64,000 nt of DNA from Ophelia neglecta (Eukaryota). Both the position numbers and the translations under genes were made by a program. Below, piece after piece: positions 49,491-63,000 of this stretch (positions are counted from its first letter, which is position 1; each line of letters opens with the position of its first letter). Location of the stretch: the NCBI GenBank assembly GCA_965285935.1, contig OZ260661.1:97960001-98024000 (forward strand), in the 5' to 3' direction. The notes under the pieces were generated by a model, which saw only the letters and a program-made list of their open reading frames with translations, was not told the DNA's origin and made no database searches.

Positions 49491-52032
49491 CACTACACAG
49501 TCTGTTACTTGTTCATATTATATTTGAACTGTTGCTTCCTATTCTAGTTTGAGACACGCCAACAAATATGGTGACAGAAAACAAAAATCTCTTTTGTGCA
49601 ACTCAATGAGAGCTAGGTTTATGGACAGTAAAGATAATATCGGCGCTGGTGATGTAACCATTATTTGAAGCGACATACCCCGAGAGCCATATTGTTTTTA
49701 GTGGACGTCTCTCTTGGTTCCCTCTCAAAATGTGCCCATTATTGCTTTTCCCTTTGCAAAAATAAATCACGACGACTCGACTATAATTGTGGATTTTATT
49801 TTTCTCATATGGATCCCAGGACACCAAGAAACTATTTTGTTAAGCTCGCCAAACAACCCTTCCTCGGTACGTGTGTCGGGCGTCACAGTGTTATACCTAG
49901 AACAATATGTAACCACAATGCATCTTTCATGGGAAAACACAGTCATGATACACCATCACGTGGGAGGCACACTTATAAAAACCACATTGTACTATGTAAA
50001 CGGATGATGTCATCTTTCCTAAAACACTCGCAATATGTTTTGCAAAATCGGTAATGCTATTTTTCCCGAAGCCAATGCCAGTCTATTGCGCGGTAAGATT
50101 CCAACCTTCGTGCCTCCCGCCCATTCGTACCAGTGGTCGCCATTGGTGCCATAAGTAATTTTTTTCGGTGTTCTCATTGGCACTGCAACGTTCTGACCAT
50201 TTGCTGGCTTTCCCTGACACTCTCCATCGTATGTTATCGATTTTTAATTTCGGAACAAAACAGACACATCTCTCAAAGTCAAAGAAATTCTATGCATGCG
50301 TTATTGATTCGGCAGAACTCAATAAGGCATTATGAGTGCACCAAATCTGTGGTACAGGGTAACAAGATAAAATTTAACCAGTGCCATCTAAGTTCGCTCG
50401 CGCTAGTTAAAAATAATATGATTAGCTTATCGGAGAATTACCAAGCGAAAGAAATGCAACTTTCATAAAGTTGGCATGTGGCGACACAACGGATGAGCAA
50501 GACGGCGGGTAGCGGACCATGGTAGAGCAGCAGAATTTTTTGCTCGAAGCATAATGGTAATTAAGTAATAAGCGATTAATGTATGCGCGATAAACATACC
50601 TCCCCAAAAGCCTTGCCACTCGAAATAATTTAAACCGTGCTACTGGCATGCACGAAAGGCTCCTAACACGTTACTAGTGATCGCTGCGGGACTTTGACTA
50701 TTTTGCACCAATTCCCGTGACATCTCGCGTGACTGACCCAAATACGCTGCACTGTACGGCTTCGTCGATTGCTATGCGATATTGCTGTTGCCAAGTGCGT
50801 TACTTCCATCAAAAGACTTTCAAATACACGGGTGCCTGTTAACAGAGAGCATCCCGGTTTTTGGATGTATCTCACGGCAAAAAAAAGGTCTCGAATTCTT
50901 TCCAGGTTTTGAACATTTTCTACCACTCCTGCCCCGCCCCGCATTCTCACTCCTGCCCTTGTAGACACATAAAATATTTAGATTTAATTTACTTGCATAT
51001 AAACAAAAATTGGAAGAAGCTTGATCCACAAACTGCAACGAGTTCAAATAATGCTACCAGCTTGATGAAGGGTCTGCAGAAATATGACTATAATGGTCAC
51101 AACCACAATGATTTAGTCCTGGCCTATGTCAATGATCTGACGGGGGTTAAACGAACTCCTTTCTTATAGGGAAATGACCCGTCTTTAGAATACTGGATAA
51201 TGTATGTGAAGAATGTTTTAAATGACTCCAGAGTAATGACGGGGGTGTCATCGTCGTGTCAGTATTCTCATGGAACTGCCAACTACATGTAAACACTGGT
51301 CATAATTATGTGTCTGGCCCGTCGGGCATTCATGTCAGAATTATGGTCATATAGAGACACATGTGGGCTTGGGCTGTATGCATCTTTTATTGGTAATTCA
51401 CTTTGGCATAACGACACAATATCGGTCATTTACATTTCGGCCTTTCCATGCATATAGACACACAAGGGCTTGGAATTCATTTAAAAAATGAATTTAATTT
51501 TTTTTTAATTTTATATAGGCCTATCGATATTTTTATCAATCACTTCTATCCGGTAAGCACAAATAAACATATTTATATATTTTCTTAAAAAAAACTTAAA
51601 CTTAAGGTATTTTTATGCTGCATATGTTTACAGTATCTATACTCTATTTATAACTGAAGATGTGGGGGTCGTTCATTCTGCAAGGTGTTGCTTACACACC
51701 GCCCGCCATTATCTGGTATTTTAAAAGAAATCCCACATTTTGTCGCTGAATATTGCAACTCATAGCAGAATATTGTCGGCTGGTTCGCACACCAGGTGAT
51801 TGCTGCTTACAAATTGGGTCAGATCAAATCTATCTAGTCTGGGTAATTTTTGATGCGGTTCGCAGACGGACGCGTCAGAAAAATTTAAAATTCTGCTGTC
51901 GACGGTTCCGAGGTTCTCATTCCTTTGTCGCGCGATAAAAAGAAACGCCCCTTTCATCGTTTTTTTTTCTAGATAGAATGTATGCAAAAATCTGTTTTAC
52001 GATTATTGGTTTTTGATCTTGCAACATATTTG

Positions 52033-52046
52033 GTTGCCATGGCAAC
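52033..52046. promoter_or_regulatory. Perfect RFX X-box palindrome
   Basis: GTTGCCATGGCAAC matches the X-box consensus exactly. It may be part of a repeat, and function is unshown. Confidence 0.3.
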
Positions 52047-54289
52047 GGAATAAAAATATGGCTTAATTGATATGGCGCCTACCCTAACTGTGGAAAACAT
52101 ATTTGTGCTTGTTATAGTGTTCCCAGAATTGACCTTGGATTGAGATTTCAATGTCAACTCACTATAAAAATGATGTCAACTTTCATGTAAACCGCTGAAG
52201 CCTAGAAGTCCGTTAGGATTGTATACTTTGTCGGATTACTGACTAACCCGGACGCCATTATTTTGCTTTTCGTCGGAGGACATTTCCTTGGGTCACCCTG
52301 TCTTAAACTATTGTTCATATATGACCCTATATTTTGTAAACAATAGTTATTCACAATAAACCTTACATTGTTGGTTTGTATTGTGGATATGTGAGGTAAT
52401 TACATATGAAATATTAAATGTTTAATGATCTGTGAAAAAGCTTTACAAACCATTCTGATTTATGCCCACACTACTGTCCATATATACACACACACATAAA
52501 CCAGTTAATTATACACGGGCAATACCATTGATGTCATCCCTTCCGGCACTTTAGAGGGGTATCGGGTTGCCTGTCCAATGTCTGAATACGTTTTGAGGAC
52601 TGATTGTCGCATTGCTGTAATTGGTCAACCTTCCTACCATCCTTTATCTGTTTTGCACGAGCCTGCGTGTATTTTGAGATGATTATGTAGCGCCACAAGC
52701 CGTTGATGATTGGTGACAGAGCTCATTAAAATAGCTTTACTATACATGTGAAGTCGAGGTCATAAGAAACGGATATTCAGAAAAAAATAAAAGGCGACTC
52801 GTAGGCGAAATCTTGTTATCCATCTGCGTATTAGCGAGTTACAAAATCAGATTATAAATATATGAAGATATCGACTACAAGCATGATGTTTAATGATAAT
52901 TTAGCGAGCCACTGTAAAGTGAGGAGCAGCAACTTATGATTCTGGTCGTGGCCTAAATCCAGGGGCTATTCATGTGTAATAGTGTGCGAATATAGCTATA
53001 CTGTATTAATTTGAATATAGAATAAATTTATTGTTGACATGAGGAAAGGCTCAGACCATCAGCTAGTTGAGTCAAGGGGTTCGAGAGTACGTTTGGGGTG
53101 TCGAGTTTCGTTTGACTAACACCAGGAGCCATGACAAGACGCCATGCCTAGCTCTTAAAAGGGGCGCGTGGAGTAAATTGGCATATAGGTCATATAGCAG
53201 TAAACCACTTTTTTTCTAAATGGGTAATTTAATATATGATAAAATAAAAATAGTTTCGAGATGATCGGTAAAAGTAGAAAGAAATAAGCAGCTTGTGATT
53301 TTCTCTTCACCACTCTAGTAGCGGGGCTGTTTGACCCTTCTCTCAGCTGAGCGCAGGCTTCGCTAATTTAAATGATTGGCAAGAGTACTGGCCTGATTCT
53401 GGGCGATAATCAGTGGTTTTCCGAAAAGCGCGGCAGGCAACATACCTCAGGTGAATGCACAAATTATCGGCATAATTCTGCTTGCCGTTCTATACAGGGC
53501 TTCCGTGCTTGTAAAGGTCTATGATAATTATATGTGGCATATGCTTTAATTCTACCAAGTAATGTCACTGCTAGAATGGTACAAAAAGAGTTTGTAGGTA
53601 AACAGTGACGGGTTTCCACTCTGTAATACAATAGTACTCCCGTGAAATGTTTTGGGAGGACTTCCTTACAACTTAGTATTGAGATTCGCTTTCTATTAGG
53701 ATGTGCCACGTTAGCCATATGGTCCTTATAATTATATGTTTGGAAGACATGTTCCTGTGGATCCCAGGAGACTCAGCAAAATGCTCAACTGGTAAATAAC
53801 TCAACTGACTAGCACTGAGGACAATAAACAAGCCCATAAAATCTTTATTGACGGCCAATATAATATAATGTCGACATTGCCAGGAGAGCCATTCAGCGTG
53901 AGTTTCTGCCAGTGTTTTTTTTCACGATTCAGTATAAAAACAGTTACATAGAAGTCCGATGCTGATTTCTCGTCTTGTAGTTTAGGCCCATATTAGCACA
54001 CGCAGGAGTCTTGTAGGTAGAAAACGATTGTCCAAGGGCAGTGTTTTGATTTGGGTGCAATTGGGGATAAAAGGTTGGCTTGCGATTTTTATTATGCCAA
54101 CTTCTAGCTGAAGAATATAGTACCTTCCACAAAGTTCTGAATTAATTGAGTTTGATTCTTTGAGATCTTCTTACTGGATCGTTCTTTGGTAGTCATCCCG
54201 AGAAACTATGCAAGACACCATATATAAATCCTGAACTGTTTGCTTGCAGAGCCGTAAGGCACAATACAGCCAGCGGTAATGTAAAAATC

Positions 54290-55070
54290 AAGGGCGTTTG
54301 AGTGTGCGCCATTGTTCGGGAGATCCCATGTGTAGGTGATGAGCGTCGGCTGGTGAATTGCGAGTGACTCGATCAGACAATGGAAAGCAACCTGTGGCTC
54401 GGAGACGGTTGTGGAACTAAATCGGTCAGATCGATATCGCGGGCGACCGTGCCACAAATGAAGTGATCAAGGTGGTTTGTTTGATTCCGCTTATCCAGGC
54501 TGTTTGAACATACTCAGTACGACCACCTCAATTGGTTACACAGTACACTATCATGACTATAGTGGCTGTTACTCTCAGCGTACCAGGAACGTTTGCTTTG
54601 TCCTCTTCTTTCAAGTAGGCCTATTTAGTGCATGATGCAGCCACCGTACTACGTTCTAGCTTGCTGCTTGTTTATTCTCATGTCATTCCTTTAGTTTGAA
54701 TGGTCGATTGTGACTATTTCGTTGCATATTCTGGTGACAGACCCCATAAGTATCGCCTTTGAAGAAAATCTAACTCGAAGACGTTTGCCCAGCCCAATTT
54801 GGCCATGCATCTGTGAGTGGCATTTCGACGTTTGAACGGGTCGTGATACGGAGAGATCAGCGCGAATGTGGCGAGTATTCTGAGCAGTATGCGCATCTCA
54901 TGTCGGCGTTTTTGTTGGCGCTGACGGACTAGTCGGCTCTTCTATACAGGCGGTGGAGAGCTCGTTAAAGCGGAGCGGGAACTGAGATTTGCACCTGTGC
55001 TAGGCGGTGGCTTTACACACCTTCTGTTGCACGGAATGTATCGGAAAAACGGCGTCGTGCCACTCTTGTT
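54290..55070 (+). pseudogene. Probable decayed C2H2 zinc-finger array
   Basis: A chain of finger and linker-like fragments with stops and frameshifts: RAFEC/RHC (54291), SGDRPHKYRL*RKSNSKTFAQPNLAMHL*V (54730), RECGEYSEQYAHLM (54861) and RFAPVLGGGFTH...YRKNGVVP (54985). The region is locally GC/CpG-rich. Confidence 0.4.
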
Positions 55071-56809
55071 GCTCATTGATTAAGATACCCAGGCATTGCT
55101 ACCGATCATGGGCGCTATATTAATTTCCCAAGGCTGGTCTTTTGCCGTCGCGTCAACAACTAACGACAACATTGAAGAGGGTCGTGTTGACTAGCTGGGC
55201 GAAACCTCGCCTCAAGACGGACAATCTGGAATCTACTTGTTGGAAAATTACTAGATTCCAGCCTGGATAAGGATAGCAAGCAATGGAGGATGAAGGTAGG
55301 CACATATTTTGCAACTTGTCAATGCTACCAACACTACACACCTGTGTAGAGATTACGTTGCAAGGTCATCAGTGTTCTCCAATGCACCTGTTTCGCGTGC
55401 TATGACTGCATGGCAAACTCGCGAAAGTAGCATAGTGGCTACCATTTTCAGCAGCCAATCCTTTTAAGCCATATCAAAATACGATAGGCCAAATATTAAT
55501 GGAATAGATTCTTGCTGGGGTTATTTGTATGTCATTCATGTAAGAGATTCAAACGCTTCAGCCACTGCATGCTCTTTCCAGCTTTCAACGTTTACCGCAC
55601 CAGCCCCGAACAAGCATACTTATCACCGAACTTGGCCATAGTAGCTGCAATGCGGGGGATATTTTGACCACATTAATTTAGTCATCTCCCCCAGGGTGTG
55701 CTAATACCTGCAACAAGTGACAAGGACTGCGAGAAGCCTTCGGCGCAGCCAACTGAGGATAATTAATTTACCTCCAAACTCCGATGCATTCTTCTGTTAT
55801 ATTCATTGATCCAGAGTTAGAAGGCTTCTAGATAAAATAATTTTTATGAACTAAATTGCAATTGCTTATGAGCACTTTTATGATGTATTTTAATTGTCGT
55901 CATTGGCATATTTATGCCCATATAAATTAAATATAATTAGTGTACAAACCCACTTTTATATAATAAACTTAGGCCTATTATTTGGCTTCTGAAAAATTCC
56001 AGGGGCGATCTCTCTGACACACACATGTCCACTTCTGTGAATCCGTGAAAGAATGTTTGATCCTGCATTCTGCATATAATTATATATGCCTATATACCTA
56101 TTGCAAATTTTATGCAATAAACTACCGTGCTAGTAAAAGCTATCTTATTTATTTTCAATGCCAATTTTCCTGGGTGGTTTACAGTCTAAACTAATGTGGT
56201 ATAGAAAAACGACGGTTCTCCATCATTGAAAGTTAATTTCGATCAAATCATGCATAATTCAGCTCAAAAGGGTGCACATTTAGATGTATAAAGATAATCT
56301 GGCCTAGTCCTGTAGCATAGCTTAGTAATGGACAGTAATGTGTATGCTTCATTTTGCTCACAGTTTGAATTGTTTGTACTCGAATTAGAACATGCTATGC
56401 ATGAATTATTGTAGAGGTTTTTTTGGAATAACGGTGACAGAATTTTGCGCGTTATTTACGTGCAAAATATATTTTTGCTGATGTTTTAATGTAGATATGC
56501 TTTTTGAGTGTTACCGTTGACGCTTCTGAATGTAATAAGGCCTACCTACTCCAGTAAATCAAATATTTCCGCCCAAAAATATAAGAGGGTCCTATAAATA
56601 GATCACAAGGCTTTCAGCCATTAACGGTTGGCGCTCTTATGCTATTTTAACTAAATAAAATACGGCCTAAAAATTGTCAACTTTAAAACCTGTGTGATTT
56701 CTGCCCCCCCCCCCCCCCCCCCCCCCCCGATAGCGCAGGCAATGCAGGAAATTGTATTGTGTGAGTAAACGACCAACGCTACCTGACTTTTTTTCAACCC
56801 CCTTTCAAA

Positions 56810-56898
56810 TTACGTCACTTTCCTGGCAGATGGCCAGCTTTAACAGTTAAACCACCGTGACGTCATCTGAGTGACGTTAACACTAGGCTATTATATAA
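56810..56898 (+). promoter_or_regulatory. Cluster of CRE/ATF-type sites followed by a TATA-like motif
   Basis: TTACGTCA (56810), perfect TGACGTCA (56858), TGACGTTA (56872) and TATATAA (56892). Motif evidence only. Confidence 0.3.
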
Positions 56899-59719
56899 TA
56901 GAGCCAATACGATAATTATTTTAATATTCATATGAGTTACAAAAACGAGAGTGGGTGGACAGTAGGAATAAGCGAATAGTCTATCAAATGATCAGGAACC
57001 GTCAGCACAGCCGAGGACGCAATGTCGTCACGTGCTCCTTTATCAAATCCTTTGTTAAGTATGTGACCACTTTCATCACCATTAAGCAAACATACTTTCC
57101 TTATTTTCCTCACCCCTCTACATTTATATATATTAATATACATGTATACATAAACTCGTTGATACGCACATTCAACTCTTTGGCACTGCTAATATTAGCA
57201 TTCATCATAAACTGCAACATTCCGGATGATTTCTGTATAGGTCTTAGGAGTCAATTGATTTAGAGTTAATCATATGAGCGCACCTACGCCTGTTTTCTGT
57301 GGGTATTCAGTTTTCTTGGCTGGCGAGTGCGTAGCTCTTGTCTTAACTGTTGTTTATATTCTGCGTAAAATCATTCACAGGAACACAGCATGGCGTAAGC
57401 GTCATGGGTTATACAATTCTTTCATTTATCATTAAGCATCCAAATAAAGCGTATTTAATATACCATCATATTGTGTTTAAAGCATCAGGGACACAAATGC
57501 AATTAAACATGTCACAAACATGCTCATTGGCAACTATCATACGAACATCATAGCCCCAATCACAGTGAAACGTCATATTATCAATTGTTCATTTCTACTA
57601 CAAAATATCATAAAGATAACAATTGCAAACTAGAATGTTCCCAAATCCTCCTTGATGGAAAACGGTCAGACAGTTCATATTTTAATTGAATCAAAAGGGT
57701 ATATAAACTTATATGCGTAGAAGATTTGTTTTGAATGGAAAATACGTTTTAACAAACCATGAATGTGGGCGATACCGAATATCTGTAGGGAAGAGGATCA
57801 TGATTATCATATCCCCGTATGTGGTAAATGGGGAGGGGTTGTTATTATTTATATGGTTTTTTTGTTCAACCACGCTCGTTTTGTAGTTTTTATTTTAAGA
57901 ACAAATAGAAAAGGCAAACATTATTAATGGAACTTTATGATAAAAAAGCATTTTTAGGGCCTCAGAGTAGGCCTATCAGGAGTCAAATGAAAATTCGTAA
58001 ACGTTTCAACGTGAAAACGATTAATATTACAAACGGATACCGCTCTCGAAAGCCTTATATGTTTAGACTTAATTTAACAGTGTTTAATTTCAAAACTCGA
58101 CGTCACAAGTATTAAATTAACTGATTTAGTCTGTGTTTAAACCGTTAGAAATGGTATACTAATGTCTAGAAACGATTTGACGGTAGCATAATTATACATC
58201 AGACGCTACAAGAGTTTTTGCAAACGAAAAAAGGACAATACTGGCTATTTGGCTATAGGCCTGTACCAACCGAGTGAGTTTAAAGGACAAGTTACAAGCA
58301 GTAAGGCATGAGCATGAGTGCTTTGCGGTATATATATTTCATGTGAGTATTTTTACAATTATGAAACTTTAAACAAAGACCCTTTCACATTAAACCGTAT
58401 ATATATAAAGAAATTATTTGAAGTACACATCCTTACACGATGTTTATATTACATTTTCTAAATACGTTACACACGATAAATACAAAACGATGTTGAACGC
58501 ACTCCCCCGGTGTACCCCTGCGCACAATTTCTGCAAGGATCCCCTTCCGGTCAGCCGTTTCACTCGATGGTCAATGTGGGAATATTCGGCCTCGCAATCT
58601 CAAAAATCCAACGGGTATGTATACCATCTTATCATATGTTTATGTGAAAATTCGTTTTTTAAGGTTACATTGGCGCACTTCTTCTAGTTCAAATTATTTG
58701 AAACAATTTCTATTAGTTAATGTTGAAATAAGTATAACCTATATAGTCAGTTGTTGTTTAGATTTTCTACGTATTAAACTTAAGGTCGTTTTAGAATCAA
58801 TTTGAAGTCTCTTGGCCATATCTTTTTGAAAAATACAGCTCTCTGGTTCTATCACACTACATAAACAAAACGCTGTGACGGTTGTTTAGAATCTACTATT
58901 TATGTTTTTTCGCACAGGACAAGAGTGACAAACTATATTATCTAGTATGTGGTGTACAGTATGAGTAGCTATTGAAGAGGTCCGCCGTCTGGCTAGACAG
59001 TCGTCGAGGTTAATATTATAATAGAAGATTCATATACTTAATAATTCATATTTTCATCAACAAATGAAAATGATTTTTAAAACAATGACGTTGAGAATAT
59101 AACCAATTCAGACGACTGTTTGTTTCTTTTAAGGATGCAGTCAACATGGAGGAACGCCTCGACCAATGAGATATGCCCACTCAGGCTGGTAATATTAACC
59201 AAAAGAAGGAGGACAAATATTGAGATGACTAGCAATTAATGAACACACTGTCGTCACAGGATATAACCGGAACAATTTGTCCTTTGTTTTGGTGCAGCTA
59301 TAAAGTCTGTACGACTAGAACTACTGAATATATTGCATTTGGATCCATGTATACGTTTTACGGATACCAGCAATTTTTGCATTTTGAATATTAATTCGCG
59401 CTCATTGATATGTATGTTGAATACTAAAACATGGCATTAGCTGACCATCCTGTAATACAGATACACATTATGTTATTTTTATAGAACTGTGCACCTATTA
59501 CTTTTCTATAAATATGCCCATGCATTGATATAGTATGCATATTTATGTAAACATATACACACGTTCTCGAGTTTTTTGAAGTAAGGGAAATGTTTTATAT
59601 CACCCTTAATATTGTTGTAAGAATTATCCTAATCAATATTGTTGCATGTGTTTGCCATGAAACAATGTCTGAGTTATTGAGTACATGATAAGATCTAGGT
59701 CATCTTTTAAATATCTATA

Positions 59720-60048
59720 TACATTTGTAGTCCGTCTGTTTCTAAGCGTGTTGCTGTTCAACATTTCATTTTACTCGCCTATTTTTGTTCAAAAAACGTG
59801 ACAAGCGTTTAGGGAATATTTGTAACTTGATTTTGAACACCATGTTTAATTTCAAAACATACCTCTTAATCAATAAAACATGATGTTTCAAAATGAACAC
59901 TGTGTTTATGAATATTTGTGGCAACCAAACACGCTAAGGTGTTTAATACTATTAATTGGACACCTCGATGCATTTAGATATAAGACATGGCTAAACACGT
60001 GTTTATAACATCTGTGTCTAATAAATAAACACTCTGATTTACAGTGTA
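59720..60048. mobile_element. Non-autonomous DNA transposon remnant with a CACTG-type terminus and AACAC/GTGTT subterminal repeats (EnSpm/CACTA-like)
   Basis: The right end reads aacactctgatttacagtgta. The interior has many short aacac...gtgtt palindromic units (gaacactgtgttt, aaacacgtgttt, aaacacgctaaggtgttt). The left end tacatttgtagtccgtctgtt is only a degenerate match. Confidence 0.4.
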
Positions 60049-63000
60049 GGAAGCTGGAGGCAGGCGATAATTAGAGGGCCTGATAAATAATTAACCTAGT
60101 TCAAATGTTGACATTTTCCGACGTCATCAGTGGCTAGTCTTGTTGTTTCTATACTGTGCTTGTGCTTGAATGTGTTCTTCTGAGGTTGGCTGAAGCCGAG
60201 AGCAATCCATTTCCATCGGGAACACGCGCCTCAATTACAAAGAGAAGCTAGGTTTGGAGATCTTTGTGGGGGAGTCCTGAAGTTGGTCGCTGTCTAGGCC
60301 TCAAATCACCTTTCTTTTAACTTGTCCAGCTCTGAACACTGTACGCAAGAGTCTATCTGCAATTACACTCTGTTTTGCCATGTATGCTAGGGACACCACT
60401 AGATTTTTTATTTGCTAATTTGCTAGCCTCGAGAGATATGACATATCAAAATATATTGGAAAATACAGTTTACTGTTAATTTCCACCCGTTGAACAGTGT
60501 GGTAGGACTCTGATCTGTAACCATGACCTTTCGGGGCTCGCATGTCCACATGTTTCACCACTGAATTTGTGTTTTGTATAGTTTAGACTGACTTAAATAG
60601 AAATATGTCAGTCTATATAGCAAACCGGCTGACATTCCCAGCTTTTAATTGTCGTCTGCTTAGTAGTCTTTGGCTGCGTCATTTATTGGACACGCTTTAC
60701 CTCCTGACACTATATGAATTGATATCTTTTGGAATGCCTGATCTCATTTCCCTTAAATCAATATCTGACTTCATTAATAGTATATGCTCACATGCTAAAA
60801 AGATTCTCCCCTCAGTTCTGTCGATGCATCACGAGATAGCTAGGAAACACTGTGTCGTCTGCTGTCCGCCATCTCTAATCACTTACGTCACGTCCGTACA
60901 TCGGAAAAAAGAAAGGTAGCTGAAAGATGGCTGCCTGCCAGCCTGCTAACTATAGAGATGATTCTGGCAATGAAGAAAACAGAATACTATATTGCGCTAT
61001 AGTGCTTTATTTGTCGTCCATTCACGCGCTTAAAACTAGCATACCTATAGAATTGCATTTTGGACATCAAAATGCTAGCTTTGTCGGACAGGGACCTTTA
61101 AAAATTGGGCTGGATATGATGGCGAGTGGCTGTGTGGTTGAAGCGGATGACGTCTGACCATGTATATATGATCAATTGTGGGAAAGATGTGGTGAATAAA
61201 AAAATATGGCCTGTGTGAGCGTGTGCATTTGCAAAAGGACTTTTAATAACAGAAAGTCAATTTTTAAACTGACACAGATTCTCTGCCCCCCCCCCCCCAT
61301 TTATATGTATTTTGCCGGCCTCTTTTCATGATTAAGCTATACCTACAGGTTTATATATAGCGCCCAAATGTTTGGCCAATCCCAAAAGGCGAAACCACTT
61401 AATATATAAATGTATTTAAATCTGTACAATAATGTGTGCAAATTGAAGACAACCCGTAATTCGGTTTGTCTGGAGCAAGGCCGATGGAAAAAAGGAAGAA
61501 CAATTTCTGAATCAATATATTGCTGCATATATTTAGCCTACAAAGCTAATTATTCAACCGACATAGGCTATATGCTAGGGTCTCAATATGCCAGCGAGAT
61601 ACCTATTTCCCGCTAGCTGTCCATTACATGGGAATAGCTTTTGTGTTTCATCCTTCAGATTACCTTACTTAGACCCTTAGGGGTTCAGTATGTATTTAAT
61701 GTTTACAAATAGCATGTCTATTGAAGTCCATGCCTCTCAGTTTGTGAGCAGAGCCACTGCGCACTAGCACTTCATAGCTGAACGAGATTTTACCTGCTAT
61801 ATTGGAGTACATAGCCACGATTGTCGCCTGTATACTGCGACTAAACCCCGGAAATCTAAAACAATTGCGATGATAACCAACGTTTTGTGAGTTTATTATG
61901 AATATGGAAATGTAAGTGGTAGATCAATTGCCTTCAACTAACATCGGGCGAGGTATAATTGCTCCTGGTTCGGTACAAGTAACACGCATTTGTTTGTTTT
62001 AGTCTTCGATCTCAAGATAAGATGATACCAAACAAAGCACAAAATGGGAGAATGATTGCTCACCGAACAAAGTAAGGCCTGGAACTATAGAGATCTATTT
62101 GTTCGATTTAGCCACTCAGTAACCACTCGGATTAATGCATGTATGCATACATAGTTTCCGTCGATGGTGTTATAAAAATTCGAAATTCGTTGTGGTGTCA
62201 GGAAGCGGTAATACTAGCATATGTGCACAATCCACCTGTTTTAATCGAATTTTTTTCTACTGCAAAAATAAAAAACAAGGGGACCATTCATTGTTTTACA
62301 GATTCTAACCGTACCACTGTTCGCTTGTAATCCGTAATCATATATAGGCATATTCCGGTACATCCTGCCGACTATAATGTCCTATGTACTTTAATTTTTT
62401 TATTTGTCTATTTGGTTCTTCATGTAATGAGATCAAACATGCAGGCATAGAAGGACTAATTAATGGAATTAAGACTTAATAATGGGATTAATTATCTGTT
62501 ATATGCTTTTGTAATTATGCCAGCTAAACAATGATGTGATAATTAGTCGAAAGGTGTTCATTTGCTCCGTAATACCTGGTGCTTTCCTGCACCTGACTTA
62601 TCATATTACCTGTTTAATTTATATCATTTTATGCCAATTTGCATCGAGTCCTTTAATACAATAGTCAACCATATTGACAATTGCATCGAAGGTGCATGTC
62701 GGCTGAACAGTTTAATATACATGCACTGCTCAATGTTATTTTTATACCAGAGTTTTCTATTTTCTATAATTATATTAAAAAATAACGGTAACTCTTGGAT
62801 TCAAATCATACTACGACCCCGTGAGCATACCCGCGGTATACATTAGTTGGTTTGATTGATGGATTGATTTAATGTTATTTCGGGCTCATGCAGCTAGCTA
62901 GCGCTACAGTAATACTGTAAATAAACATGCAATGTGTGGACGCCAAATATAGATTGTAGGGCCGTGATTTTCGGACGCCAAGGTCACTACTTGCAACACT

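Noticed and set aside
51060-51150. RT-like motif LVLAYVNDL
   Set aside because: This is a single short motif with no supporting flanking RT motifs.
60110-60135. Minus-strand CTGATGA-cgtcg-GAAA as a minimal hammerhead
   Set aside because: Stem II is essentially absent and I could not find supporting stems I and III.
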